From Thecamonas trahens ATCC 50062 (Eukaryota; Protista; Apusomonadida), in NCBI RefSeq assembly GCF_000142905.1, contig NW_013657615.1:1-64000 (forward strand): 64,000 nt of DNA. The letters are read 5' to 3'. The notes beneath the pieces are model-generated. The model searched no databases. It was not told the DNA's origin and saw only the letters and a program-made list of their open reading frames with translations. A program made the translations under genes and the position numbers. Positions 46,519-58,148 of this stretch are shown here, piece by piece; position 1 is the stretch's first letter; the number at the start of each line of letters is the position of its first letter.

Positions 46519-47526
46519 TCAGCGAGATACTTCCATGATCAGGGCCTGGATCCGGCTGTTGACTGCCTTGTGGATCGAGTGGGCCTGGACGGTTTGGAAA
46601 CGGAGCACAATGGGCGCTGCGTTCGAGGGCGGGACAAAGCGGTACCAGAAGACGTCGCCAGTCTCTTCGACGCCAAACTGCTGGATACGGGCAAACCTGT
46701 GCTTGTACTCGAGGTGTGCGCCCGAGCCCGAGCCGTCGTCCACATGGGTGAAGATGCCCTGGTGGTTGATGACGACCTCGACAATGCGGATGCGCGCGCC
46801 GGATGAGTCGAGCTCACGGCAGACAAACGACGAGACCGAGAGCGACGAGACCGACGCACGGCGAGGCCGCGAAGCGAGGTGGACCGGCCGGGATGCAGCC
46901 GTGTCGAGCGTCGACCGACGCCCACGCTCAAAGCCGCGGATCCGTGCCAAAGACGGATCCGAGCCCGATCGAACCGGCGGGTAAAGGCCTTCGTCGTCCG
47001 ACGAGTTGGCAAGCGGCTGCAGTGCCACACTTGCCACGTCGTCGCTATCATCGGGCGTTGTTGTCGGCTCAGACTCGGAGCGCCGGAAAGTGGTCATGAC
47101 CCGCGAAGAGGCCAAGATCTGCTGTACATCGAGTGAGCCGCGGCGGGCGATGTTGGGCCCGGCATCCGAGCTCAGCCCGTCGTGCGTTCGCACCCGCGGT
47201 CGGCTTGTCCGCCGCCAGCCACGAATGGCCGGAAACCGTCCGCTGCGCGGAGAGTAGGACGCTGCTGTCGACTGCGACTGGGAAGACGACGAGTTAGCGA
47301 TCCGAGGCGGGCCACCAGCAGTCGCAATAGGCACCGCAGCCGATGGCGATACATCCCGCGAGTCCCGCGACGACGACGACTCGGACGACGCCCCCAGCCC
47401 GTCGCCAGACCCAAGCGACGCTGCACCCGAGGTGCACGGCGAGTTGCCAGCAGAGGCTAGCGCTGCTGGCAGACGAAGATCATCATTCGAAGGAGAGTGA
47501 CCCAGAGTGGGAGGCAAGCTGCTCAT
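46519..47526 (-). CDS. Ser-rich protein with C-terminal PH-like (FERM-C/IRS-PTB-like) domain
   Basis: VEVVINHQGIF...HRFARIQQFG...LRFQTVQAHSIHKAVNSRI fits a PH-superfold strand pattern with a terminal helix. Confidence 0.55.
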   Translation of the reverse strand: MSSLPPTLGHSPSNDDLRLPAALASAGNSPCTSGAASLGSGDGLGASSESSSSRDSRDVSPSAAVPIATAGGPPRIANSSSSQSQSTAASYSPRSGRFPAIRGWRRTSRPRVRTHDGLSSDAGPNIARRGSLDVQQILASSRVMTTFRRSESEPTTTPDDSDDVASVALQPLANSSDDEGLYPPVRSGSDPSLARIRGFERGRRSTLDTAASRPVHLASRPRRASVSSLSVSSFVCRELDSSGARIRIVEVVINHQGIFTHVDDGSGSGAHLEYKHRFARIQQFGVEETGDVFWYRFVPPSNAAPIVLRFQTVQAHSIHKAVNSRIQALIMEVSR

Positions 47527-48445
47527 CCGTTCATGCGCCACAATAGTCGTCCACCACTCCCGCCTGCTGTTATGTAAATCACCAAGAGCCACACAAGGCG
47601 ACGAATAGTAAGTGTATGACAATGAATCCAAAAAAAGGCAAAGGCCAGCAAAAACCAGCGTGCATGCACGCAAGCAAACACCCCCCCACCAACCTACCAC
47701 ACAATCACCCCAGCACCTCCTCCTCCTCCTCTCCATCCATTTTCAACAACCACACAGCGAGCCGCCTTTTGGGAAGGGGAGGCTCGCTATGCATTTCAAC
47801 GCATACAAGCGACAATATTTTTTCTCCGTCTCAAACCCTCTGCGGGCTGGAAAGGGCGAAAAAATATATTTGTGATTGGACGGGAGAAATTCACGCGCGA
47901 GCGTAAATTGTGTTTGCGAAGGGTTGGCAAAGTATGGGGAGGGAGAGGGAGAGAGAGAGAAGGTGCTAGGGAGGTGGAAGTGTATGGGGTTGGGTAAACC
48001 GGTACAACGCACTTGGAAGTGCGGAGAAAAGGCAAGGGTATTCCTCAGACATTTGGCATAAGTTGTAATCACTAGCATCAGGCGCAAATTACTTGAGCAT
48101 CATAGGAATGGGTGTGGGAGGGGGGAATGGGCCGAGAGGGGGGGGGGACGACGTACGAGTTGGGGGAGACGGGTGGTGACGTTTGAGTTAATGAATAACT
48201 GAAGGGGAGTTAATTGAGAGTCGGCCAAAAATTTCACCCCAACGCATCCTCACGGTTGTGGCCCGGTGACTCGAGCGGACAGACGTTGTGGCTGTGGTGT
48301 GGGAAAGGGGCAAGGAGACGAGGCGGTGCATGGGAGAGAAGGCATGGATAGGGAGGTAGGAAGCATGTGATTGGGTATGACAATGTACGTGTATGCGTGT
48401 GTGCGTGTGTGCGAGGGGGAGTAGGGGGGGAGGATTGAGACTGGG

Positions 48446-49633
48446 CTACAGACGCTGGCTCTGCTTGAGCAGAGTCCGCTGGCGCTTGAGAGCCATCTCA
48501 GCGATCTCGACCTTGCGGGTCCAGGAGGCAACCTTTTTGGACAGTTCGGCCTCGGACTCGTTCTGCTTGACGTAGGAGAGAACGGAAGGGACGACATACT
48601 CATCCTGTTGCGACTTGAGGCGGGCGTTTGCGGTCTCGAGCGTTGCGATCTCGTCGCGGATGGTCTCTGTCTCGGCCTGGACCTTTGAGAGGGCGGTGGA
48701 GCGCATGTGGATGTCGTACTTGAGCTTGTCGGACTCTGTGGTGAGTTCTGCGAGCGAGTTCTTGTGGCGGTTGAGGACAAGGACGGTGTTGCCGGCGGTC
48801 TGCTTGAGGCGAAGGAGCTCCTGGTTCCGCTCCTCGATCTTGTTGAGGTATTGGCGGTTCTCGATCTTGAGCTGGCCAAAGTCGATGTGGCCGAGCACCT
48901 CGTTCATCTCCTCCTTTTGCTTCAGCTGAACGCGGAGCTTGTGAATCTGCGACTTCATGGTAGAGTTCTTGAGCAGGAGCTTCTTGACAAGGTTGTCCTG
49001 GGCGCGGAGAACGTCCTCAAAGTAGCGCTGGACCTTTTCTGACATGATAGACTGGCCGCGACCAGGGATGGGGTTGCGGCCGTTGACGAGCACGTCTCGC
49101 TCAAACTGCTTCTCCTGCATCTTGATGTCTGCGACTCTGCGATCGACCTCCTCGAGCATGGCGCGGAGTTCTGCGAGACGGGCCTCGTTTGCTGCCGAGG
49201 CAACAGACCGATCCTTGGCGAGCATGATCTGGACCTGCATGGTAACCTCGTACTTGAGATGGGCCGAGAGTGAGACCATAGCCACCTCGTGAGCCTTCCG
49301 CCCACGCAAGCGCTCGAACAGCTGCTGGCGCGACTCATCGTCGTGCGTTGCTGTCATCTCTGTCCGGTCCTCGACGCGATGGGCAACAGCAAAGGCCGAG
49401 AGCGCCTCGTTCTCCAGCAGCAACCGCTCGTTGTTCCGCATCACTTCTGCCACGCGAGTCTGCAGCGCCTCGACAGGCATACCAGCCACCTGAGCCTCGA
49501 CCTCGTCAAACCGCAGCGGACTACCACTGACAGCGGCGGCTCGTCCGTCGGCACGTTGCGAGCCAGCCACCACTAGGTCGCCGCCATACTCGCTTCCGTC
49601 CGACTCAAACGAAGCTTCGTCGCCACTAGCCAT
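48446..49633 (-). CDS. CCDC113: Coiled-coil domain-containing protein 113 (CFAP263, DUF4201)
   Basis: LKQKEEMNEVLGHIDFGQLKIENRQYLNKIEERNQELLRLK, VPSVLSYV and WTRKVEIAEM. Confidence 0.9.
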   Translation of the reverse strand: MASGDEASFESDGSEYGGDLVVAGSQRADGRAAAVSGSPLRFDEVEAQVAGMPVEALQTRVAEVMRNNERLLLENEALSAFAVAHRVEDRTEMTATHDDESRQQLFERLRGRKAHEVAMVSLSAHLKYEVTMQVQIMLAKDRSVASAANEARLAELRAMLEEVDRRVADIKMQEKQFERDVLVNGRNPIPGRGQSIMSEKVQRYFEDVLRAQDNLVKKLLLKNSTMKSQIHKLRVQLKQKEEMNEVLGHIDFGQLKIENRQYLNKIEERNQELLRLKQTAGNTVLVLNRHKNSLAELTTESDKLKYDIHMRSTALSKVQAETETIRDEIATLETANARLKSQQDEYVVPSVLSYVKQNESEAELSKKVASWTRKVEIAEMALKRQRTLLKQSQRL

Positions 49634-49788
49634 TGTGGCTATTGTCTATGCCTCTATGTGTGGTGTGTAGTGTGTGTGGGAGGTGGGTGTGGCGGTGGGT
49701 GAAGTGGTCTTGTCCTGGCCCGTGTCTGTCGGTTGGAGCGGTTGGCACGACTGCCGGGCGACACAGGCGCAAGCAACCGATTCGCACA

Positions 49789-50043
49789 GATCGGATACGA
49801 GAGCAGGAGCAGGAGGGCATGGGCATTGCTAATGGTGTCGTATTGTACGTGATCTGGGCCGAGTGTTGGATATGGGTTGGCTCGATGTGGCTGCGATCGG
49901 CTGTGGCCTGGGTGAGATGGGGCGGCGTAGCGTAGTCTTGATCGGATACGAGAGGAGGAGCAGGAGGGCATGGGCATTGCAAATGGTGTCGTATTGTACG
50001 TGATCTGGACCGAGTGTTCGTTATGGGTTGGCTCGATGTGGTT
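49789..50043. repeat. ~105-bp direct duplication (49789 and 49940) between divergent genes
   Basis: gatcggatacgagag...ggcatgggcattgc...gtcgtattgtacgtgatctgg...ggttggctcgatgtgg occurs twice, period 151 bp. Confidence 0.9.
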
Positions 50044-50128
50044 GGCGCCGACGTAAGCAGACCGGGACAGACAACCAAGTGAAGAGCAGGTAACACTCAC
50101 CACTCGACTTGAGCAGGAAGGGCGCACC

Positions 50129-51649
50129 ATGGCCGACGCACTCGCTCATGCGCTCGCCCACCCTCCTGACGAGTTTGAGTCGTACATCGAGATGGCTCGC
50201 GCTACTGCAAATGTGCTGCTTGATGGAGGACCTGCTGCTGCTGCTGCTCGCGTCATGCTCACCTCGCCCGATGCTGCTGCACTACTCGCCGATGGCTCCA
50301 TGGATTTCGTGCCTGCCCTGCTTGATGCACTTGATGGGACCTCGCCCGACGCTCTGCCTGATCTTACCGCAGTCTTGCACCACCTCCCCACCGTCATCTC
50401 ACCACGGGAGATGCTGATGATGATCCAGGAGGAGATGTCGTCGGCAAGACTCCGACCTGAGCCGCTGGCCATCGTTCTCGAGCTGCTGCCGACGGTTGTG
50501 TCCCGTCTTACCGATCACGCCCGCCGCGAACCTCTCCTTGTCTCGCTTGCAGAATGTCTTGCAGACATGCTCGCTCGCGCGGATGCCGAGGTGCTCCCGC
50601 TGCGGGCATGCCGAGCTACTGCTGCTGCCGTCGCTGCTGTTGCGCCGCACTCTGCCCCTGCTGCTCGCTTGCTACTTCCACTGATAGGACTTGAGCATCC
50701 GGTGGCGCTACCAGACGCGGATGCTTCCGGCTGCCTTGTGGCCGACGGTGTGCTCCCAGCTGATGTGGTGGCGCTGGCCAACGAGGTGCGACTGGTCACT
50801 GCAACCGATCCTAGCGATGACGGCGACGCTCTGAGCCTCGCCACCGCCTACGCCGCGTATCTTGATGCGAGCGACCAGCCACCGGCCCTTCTTCCAGTAA
50901 TTGTCCTCCTTAAGCACGCAAGCCCGCATGTCGGCTTCAAGGGCGTGCAGCTGGTGGCGCGAATGGCCGGCGCCGGGTCGCTAGCGGAGGCTGAACTGTT
51001 CCCGGTGGCCGAGCTTGGCTCACTGGTCGAGGCCGTCATCGATTACATGGTGCTGACCGAGAATGAGGAGCTCCGCGATGCTACGTTTACCTGGTTCTCA
51101 TCGTCGTTGTGGACGCAGCTTGGGGCACAGCGCCGGCGGACGCTGCTCTTGCATCTTGTCACCCGCTGCCCCTACCCGCAGATGACGGCGCTCGCAGTCA
51201 CCTGGCTCAAGGATGTTGTTGCCGAGGCATCGAGCGCGGATGCCTCGCGGCGCGCGGAACACTTCCCATCTGGCGCCGAGTGCGAGGCCTGGCTGGCAGA
51301 CCAAGTGCGGCCTGCGCTAGTGGCGCTTCTGGCGGCATCAGATCCGGCATCGCTCGTCCAGCGGGCCGAAGCCTACATTGCCGGACTCAATCTCATCCGT
51401 TTTGCCGCGCTTCGACGTGGCATGCTCGGTGCCGCTCTCGATCTCCCTGCGCTCCACGCAACGACACTTGCGCCCCTCCGCCAGCTCTTTCCGCTCTGCA
51501 TGGATCTTCTGGCGTCGACAAAGGCGAAAGCTGAGGCCGATACTAGCGGCGACTATGACCTTGCTGCCATCAACGCCTCCATGGGCGCCATGCTCACCAT
51601 CGACGAGCTTCTTTCCCGCATCGTCGACCTTCTCCAGCTTGACCAGTGA
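50129..51649 (+). CDS. Glomulin/ALF4/Ybp1-like helical protein
   Basis: SPREMLMMIQEEM, YMVLTENEELR, CPYPQMTALAVTWLKD and IAGLNLIRF resemble glomulin-family motifs. Confidence 0.65.
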   Translation: MADALAHALAHPPDEFESYIEMARATANVLLDGGPAAAAARVMLTSPDAAALLADGSMDFVPALLDALDGTSPDALPDLTAVLHHLPTVISPREMLMMIQEEMSSARLRPEPLAIVLELLPTVVSRLTDHARREPLLVSLAECLADMLARADAEVLPLRACRATAAAVAAVAPHSAPAARLLLPLIGLEHPVALPDADASGCLVADGVLPADVVALANEVRLVTATDPSDDGDALSLATAYAAYLDASDQPPALLPVIVLLKHASPHVGFKGVQLVARMAGAGSLAEAELFPVAELGSLVEAVIDYMVLTENEELRDATFTWFSSSLWTQLGAQRRRTLLLHLVTRCPYPQMTALAVTWLKDVVAEASSADASRRAEHFPSGAECEAWLADQVRPALVALLAASDPASLVQRAEAYIAGLNLIRFAALRRGMLGAALDLPALHATTLAPLRQLFPLCMDLLASTKAKAEADTSGDYDLAAINASMGAMLTIDELLSRIVDLLQLDQ

Positions 51650-51747
51650 CCGATCAGCTGCAGCCTGACCAACCGGCCCAGCCTGAATGCCAGCCTCAGC
51701 TAGTTCAACAGTCCATGCCGGACTGCTCAGCATCAGCCCCCACAACC

Positions 51748-52090
51748 GCAGCCAGCCAGGCCGATCATCATCGCCAGCCAGCTAGACCGAGTGATGAACA
51801 ACTACAGCCAGCCAGACCGATCATCAACCACAGCCAGCCAGACCGATCATCAACCGCAGCCAGCCAGACCGATCATCAACCGCAGCCAGCCAGCCCGATC
51901 ATCAACCGCAGCCAGCCAGACCGATCATCAACCGCAGCCAGCTAGACCGATCATCAACCACAGCCAGCTAGACCGATCATCAACCACAGCCAGCCAGCCC
52001 GATCATCAACCACAGCCAGCCAGACCGATCATCAACCGCAGCCAGCTAGACCGATCATCAACCACAGCCAGCCAGACCGATCATCATTGC
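51748..52090. repeat. 26-bp minisatellite, about 12 copies
   Basis: Unit cagccagc[c/t]agaccgatcatcaacc[a/g]. Confidence 0.95.
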
Positions 52091-52205
52091 CAGCCAGCCC
52101 CCGCCCGATCCTGTGGCAGCAACCGATGCCGAGTGCCAAGCGGGTGGCTGGGTGGCAGCTCCTGTTGAGTTTGAGGCGGTACTTGTCTCTCGGCACTTTG
52201 CGACC

Positions 52206-53886
52206 ATGTCGTCATCGGGTCGGTTGGGACTTGGATCAGCGGTGACCAGCGGTAGTAGTAGTGGTGGTGGTGGTGGTGGAGGTGGTGGAGGTACCAGCGG
52301 AGCCTCTCCTTCGTCTTCCCCTGCTCCCCCTGCTGCACTCGGCAGTCTTCGTCGTCGTGCTGCCGAGGCAGCTGCCAAGCACAACCCTCGGAGGCTCACG
52401 AGGGCAAAGGAGGAGTTGCTCAAGTTTGTGGCTGCGAGAAGTGGTACGTATTCTTCATGGTGGAGGGGGTCAGGGTAGGGGGTAGGCAGGTAGGGGTACG
52501 GGCTACCGGGGTGGGGGTGGGGGGGGGGGGGGTACGGGGGGGAGGGGGTACGGGGGGGAGGGGGGGGGCGGAGGTCGCTTGGTGACAGTCGCGACATCGT
52601 GACATGTGGAGGAGAAGGGGAAGTCGAGGGTGATGTGAGAGGAAGAGGGAAGAGGGAGGGGGGGGGGAGGGGGAGGGGGAGGAGCAGGGGGGAGGAGCAG
52701 GGAGGCCCCCTCATGCCTCAAGAGAACAGACATCGACATGGACATCGGCATCGACATCGACACCAACTCGGCTTGATCACCCACTCACCTCCGCCTCTTT
52801 GCACCTACAGATCACGCCACGACCGAGGACGAGCTCACGTCGCTGCTCGAGTCGGCCGCCTTTGATTCGGTACTCCCAGACCTCTCGCCTGACGACCGCG
52901 TGGCGCTCGGCCGTCTGGTGGCCAACGTGCTCGACGCTCAGGCGCCGGTGGCTGGCCGCTCAGGATCGAGCGCAAGCCAGGCGCCTGCAGCTGCCCAGAG
53001 CAAGCAGGTAGAGGCCTTGCTCCGCACTGCCTCCAAACTCAGCTCGCTCCATCTCGGCGATCTTGTCGCCGAAGTTGCCGAGTCCTCACCCGACTACGGC
53101 TTTGCCGTCTGCACCTTTGAGCAGCTGCAGCTCTCCGACTACCTTGGCGCTGGCGCATTTGGCCAGGTCATGCGCGGGAGCTACCGCGGGCAGGACGTCG
53201 CCGTCAAGCGCATGATGGGCGAAGAATACGACGAGGACGAGTTCCAAAGCTTCCTCGGCGAGGTTGCCCTCCTCGCCCAGCTCGATCACCCGTCGTGCGT
53301 CAAGTTCCACGCCGCCTGCGTCGCTTTTCCCAACATCTGCATCGTCACCGAGTTCGTCGCCGGGGGCGACCTGGAGCACAAGCTCCATGAGACGTTTGAG
53401 CCAGTCGACGCCGTCCTCATCCTGCAGGACGTCGCCAACGCCATGGCCTACCTCCACTCTAAGAGGATCATCCACCGCGATCTCAAGCCGGGCAACGTCC
53501 TCCTCACCGCCGACGGCCGCGCCAAGGTCGCTGACTTTGGCCTTGCCAAGGTTCGCGAGGCCACATACGTCGAGACAAAATGCGGCACACCCGTCTACGT
53601 CGCTCCTGAAGTCGTCCGCGGCGAGCCGTACTCTGACAAGGCTGACGTCTACTCGTACGGCGTCCTGGCGTGGGAGGTCGTCGCCCGCGACGAGCCCTTT
53701 ATTGAGCAGGACTACGCCACTCTTATGGACATGATCAAGGACATCGTCTTCAACAAGGCTCGTCCCGGACCCATGCCCATCCGCGTCTCGCCTGTCCTCC
53801 AAGAGACCATGTACGCCTGCCTTGACCACGACGTCGCTCTCCGTCCCTCGTTTGCCCAGGTCTGCTCCTGGATCCAGTGGCTGTAG
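52206..53886 (+). CDS. TKL-group (MLK/Raf-like) protein kinase; intron 52444-52810
   Basis: LGAGAFG, VAVK, HRDLKPGN, DFG, GTPVYVAPE and DVYSYG. A phase-1 gtacgt...ctacag intron joins exon 1 in frame. Confidence 0.93.
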
Positions 53887-54237
53887 CTCTTGTCACCTCC
53901 CCCCCCCCCCCCCCGCCCCCGCCCCCCTTCACCCCTCCACTCCCTCCCAATATTTCCCATCCTTAATCCCAAAACATCCCCAAACATCCCATCCTATCCC
54001 ATCCCGATCCCCCCCCCCCCCCTCCCCTTCCTCTGTTGTCCGCATGACATGACCGGCCGAATTCCCCATTCTCCCAAAGCCACCCACGCCCATCACCCGA
54101 CACCAACCACGGCGACCTCGCCGTAGAAGCCCACAAGGAAGCCACCACCTCACCCCCTTCACCCCTTCACCCCTTCACCCCTTCACCCCTCACCCTTCGC
54201 CCTTCACCCACTCACCCCCCCTCTCCTCCCCCTCCCC

Positions 54238-57200
54238 ATGTCGCTTACCGCCCTCGCCGAGCACGGCGTGTCGCTGTTGGTGACGAGGTCAGGCGGGAAC
54301 GAGACTTTGAGCGCATCCGCTGTGGAGCATGCAAGCCATTCTTCTGGTATCGAATCATCGTTGTTGTTTGTCATTCTTTGTGTTCTCATCGGATCTCTGG
54401 TCAAGTCATACCTCGCGTCGTCTGTGGTTCCCGAGCTGGCCAAACCGCCTTACACGCTCATGCTCTTCCTCCTTGGCTTTGCCTTTGGTACCGTGGCTCA
54501 TCTCGATAACTTTCTCTCTCATGCCTTTGCTGCTGCTGAACGGACGGATCCTCATCTCATTCTCTTCATGCTCCTTCCGCCTCTTCTCTACGAGTCTGCT
54601 GTCGGTATCCGCTTTCATGTCCTCTGGCGAGTCAAAGAGCAGGTGATCATTCTCGCCTCGGTTGGCGTCATCATCGCCCTCGTCCTCACCACCATCATCT
54701 TCCGCTATGTCTTTGTCTCGTACTCGTCATGGTCTCTCTCGCACGTCCTCCTCCTCTCCTCTATTCTCTGTGCAACCGATCCTGTTGCCGTCGTCGCTGC
54801 TCTCAAGGAGCTGGGTGCGCCAGCAACGCTCTCCACCCTCATCGAGGGCGAGTCGCTGCTCAACGATGGCTCGGCCTTTGTCCTCTTTCTGCTCTTCAAG
54901 GACATGGCTGGCGGCGTGACGCCAACGTTCTGGTCGGTTGTCGGCCAGTTTCTGCAGCTTGTTCTCGGCGGAGTCCTCTTTGGCGTCCTCACCTCGATCC
55001 TGGTCTTCATCTGGCTCAAGATCATCTACAACCACCCGCTCATCGAGATTCCAGTCATTCTCGTCGGCGTCTTTGGCACCTTTTACGTTGCCGAAGCCCT
55101 TCTCCACGTCTCGGGCGTTCTCGCCACCGTCATGTTTGGGTTTATGATGTCGAACCGGTTCAAGTACACCCTCTCCCCGGCGGTCATCGAGATGAACGAG
55201 GCCGTGTGGACGCAGCTGGCGCACATTGCCGAGACCGTCATCTTTGTCATGGGCGGCATCATTGTCTACGACAAAATCATCAACCACGGCGACCTCGCCT
55301 CCGACTACCGCCACTGGCTCTGGCTCCTTCTCCTCTACCTTGTCCTTCACCTTGTCCGCGCCACCATGGTCGGTCTCCTCGAGCCGCTTCTTCGTCAGCT
55401 CGGCTACGGGTTTACCTTTAAGCAGGGCGCAGTTCTGACGTATGGTGGCCTCCGTGGCGCCGTCTCGCTCACTCTCGGCCTCCTCGTCGAGTCGGACCTC
55501 AACATTGACAGAGATGTCCGCTTTGTTGTCAACTTTCACGTTGCCGGCATTGTCTTTATGACGCTTTTCATCAACGGATGGACCACGTCGTTTGTCTACA
55601 ACAAGCTGCAGCTCTACCCGCCGGACCGCTTCCAGCGGGCCATTCTCCGCAAGACCATCGAGTACCTCGAGGAGTACGCCGAGCGTGAGTGGTCCGACCT
55701 CAAGCACGAGTGGTACTACGCCGACGCCGACTGGCCCAAGGTCCGCGCCATTGTCCCAGACTTTCGCAACATCCAGATGTCCAAGACTTCACCGGCCTTC
55801 TCCATGCACCCGCCGTCGATCTCCAAGATTTACAAGTCGATGACGCCAGCCTTTGTCTTCTCCACGCTGCCCTCGCATGCGCACGGCGCCACGGGTGACG
55901 ATGGCGGTTCCCCGGGCTCGTTCTACGACTCGAGTAGCTCGCACGATCGCCGAAGCTCGCGCCGCCCGCCAGGCTACCGCGGGCCAGACTCGGGCAACTA
56001 CGCGCCCGACGCTGTGCCGTACTCTGCTGTTCCGCACTCGGGCCTCCCGCCACACATGAACGAGTCGCCGGCCCGGCCTGGAAACAACAACGCTGGCCTC
56101 ACCCGCACCGGCTCGGGAGCGTACTCGCCCGTGGCGCAGGGCATTGCCACCGCCAACGCTCGGGCTGTCGGCTCGGGACCCGGCGGCATCCACCGCGCCC
56201 GCGCCCGGACCCAGGGCCGGTCGCAGGGCCTTCACGGCTCGGCTGGCTCTGTGCCAGCCGAGCCAGTTGCTGAGAGCGGGCCGACCGCCGAGGGCGGCGT
56301 TGCGCGGCCGGCAGCCGACGTCATGGGCGCCGCCCTGTCATCGGTCATGGACGATGCCTGCCAGATCGCTGGCGAGGAGCAGCAGGAGCTGTTGTTGAGC
56401 TACTCGTCGGCGTCGTCGGCGCGCATCCCCGGTGTCGACTCGGTCCTGGCGGCCGCAACGCTACCGGCGTGGCACGGTGGAGAGCACGATGCGGAGGAGC
56501 AGTTTGAGGAGGCGTCCGGCGAAGTGCCGTTCCAGGTCTCGCGGACGCTGCGCCCGGGTGCCGCAGGTCTGCCGGTCTACTCATCGTACTCTTACTCTGA
56601 CGATGCGTACTCGTACACGGCACGCGGGCAGCAGTGGCCGCCGCCGGGAGTGACTGGCGTCCACGGAACCGGGTTTGCGCCGCCCGAGAACCCGTCGGCA
56701 CAGGGCGTGACGTTTAATGCGCTGGCGCGGACAGCGTCGACGCGCGAGCTCAAGGAGGACCGAGTCAAGGTCCGGCATTCGACGGCGACGATTTCGACTC
56801 ACTCGCTCCGGTTCCGCGAGACGACGCACGGGACGTCTGCTGACACAATGTCGATGCACGAGCGGGCCAAGTACGAAGCGCAGCTGTACCAAACGTACTT
56901 TAACGCGACGCGGTCGCACTACGAACACCAGTTTGAGGAGGGCATCATCGGCGACTCGGCCATGCACCGGCTGCTGGAGGCCGTCGACCGGGCCTCCGAG
57001 TGCCGGCTCAACAAGCGCAAGTCGTCGGACTTTGCACTCATCCACCCGGCGCTCGTCGAATGGAAGTTCATCAAGAAGACGCTCAAGGTGCCCAAGTGGG
57101 TGCGGCTCCTTGCGCGTCTGCCGATGGGCTGGCTCCTTGGTCACTTTATGCTGTACAACTTTGTGTGGAACCGACTGGAGACGCTCCACGGCTACGTCCG

Positions 57201-58028
57201 TGCCCACGAGTACATCACGCCGCACTTTCCGCCGGACATTGCAGCCGAGTTCTCTGAGGTCATGCTCGTTGCGCGGTCCGAGATCCGCGACTTTACTAGG
57301 CGGCACATCGAGATCTCGACCGTGGCGCAGACGCTCATGGCAGCGCGCATTCTGCTGCAGTACAAGCGCGAGAAGATCAAGGAGCTCGGCTTTGCCGGCG
57401 CCTTTACCGCCCGCGACACCGAGCAGCTGTTGCACGTCATCGACCAGCAGGTCGACACGCTCGTCGGCTTCCACCCGTGGCCACACCACATCCTCACCTC
57501 GGGCTCTGCGGTCTCGGACGAGGACCGCGGGTCGTTGCCGCATGTGCCGTCGGTCACCTCGCACCGCCCGACGCCCGGCGTGGGATTACGCCGTCGGTTG
57601 TTCGTGTCTCGTCCGCCGAGTCGGGCGAGGACCTCGACTCTGATGACGAGCCGGCGTCCGATTCGGGCGAGGCTCATCTACAGCCGCGGTCCATCGCCCG
57701 GCTCCGCACCATGCCGTCGTGCGAGCTCAACCGGTCGTCGGGCACCTTTGTCCAGGGCATCATGTACTCGTCGGCGATTAACTTGCCGACCGAGCCCATG
57801 CCGGAGCGCTCGGGCTCGGGTTCGGGCTCGGTCACGTACTCGTACTCGCGGCCGTACTCGTACTCGGACTACGGCAGCCGGTCGCAGTCGTCGGGCCGCT
57901 ACCCGCCGTACGTCTCGCACGATGACAGCTTGCAGCAGATCCCGGAGCAGAACAACCGAAGCCGTGTCGAGGACCGCCTCCGCGAGGAGAAAAATCGTGG
58001 GGCGATCTTGCCGATGCCGGCTACGTGA
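54238..58028 (+). CDS. CPA1 Na+/H+ antiporter, SOS1/NhaP-like, with long cytoplasmic tail; frameshift at 57582-57584
   Basis: LLPPLLYESA, ATDPVAVVAALKELG, IEGESLLNDG, VSGVLATV and YGGLRGAVSL; the C-terminus continues in the -1 frame to the stop at 58028. Confidence 0.92.
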
Positions 58029-58148
58029 GCCAGAACGGTCATGGCAAGGCGGGCGGCGGTCAGGGAGCCAACGACGACGACGACGATTCGTCGATCTACG
58101 ACGTGAGCATCACATCAGACGAATGAAATAGACAGTTCTGTAAATGGT

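Noticed and set aside
48205-48218. gagttaattgag match to the TrpRS intron repeat
   Set aside because: A single short match of about 12 nt; too little to claim a relationship.
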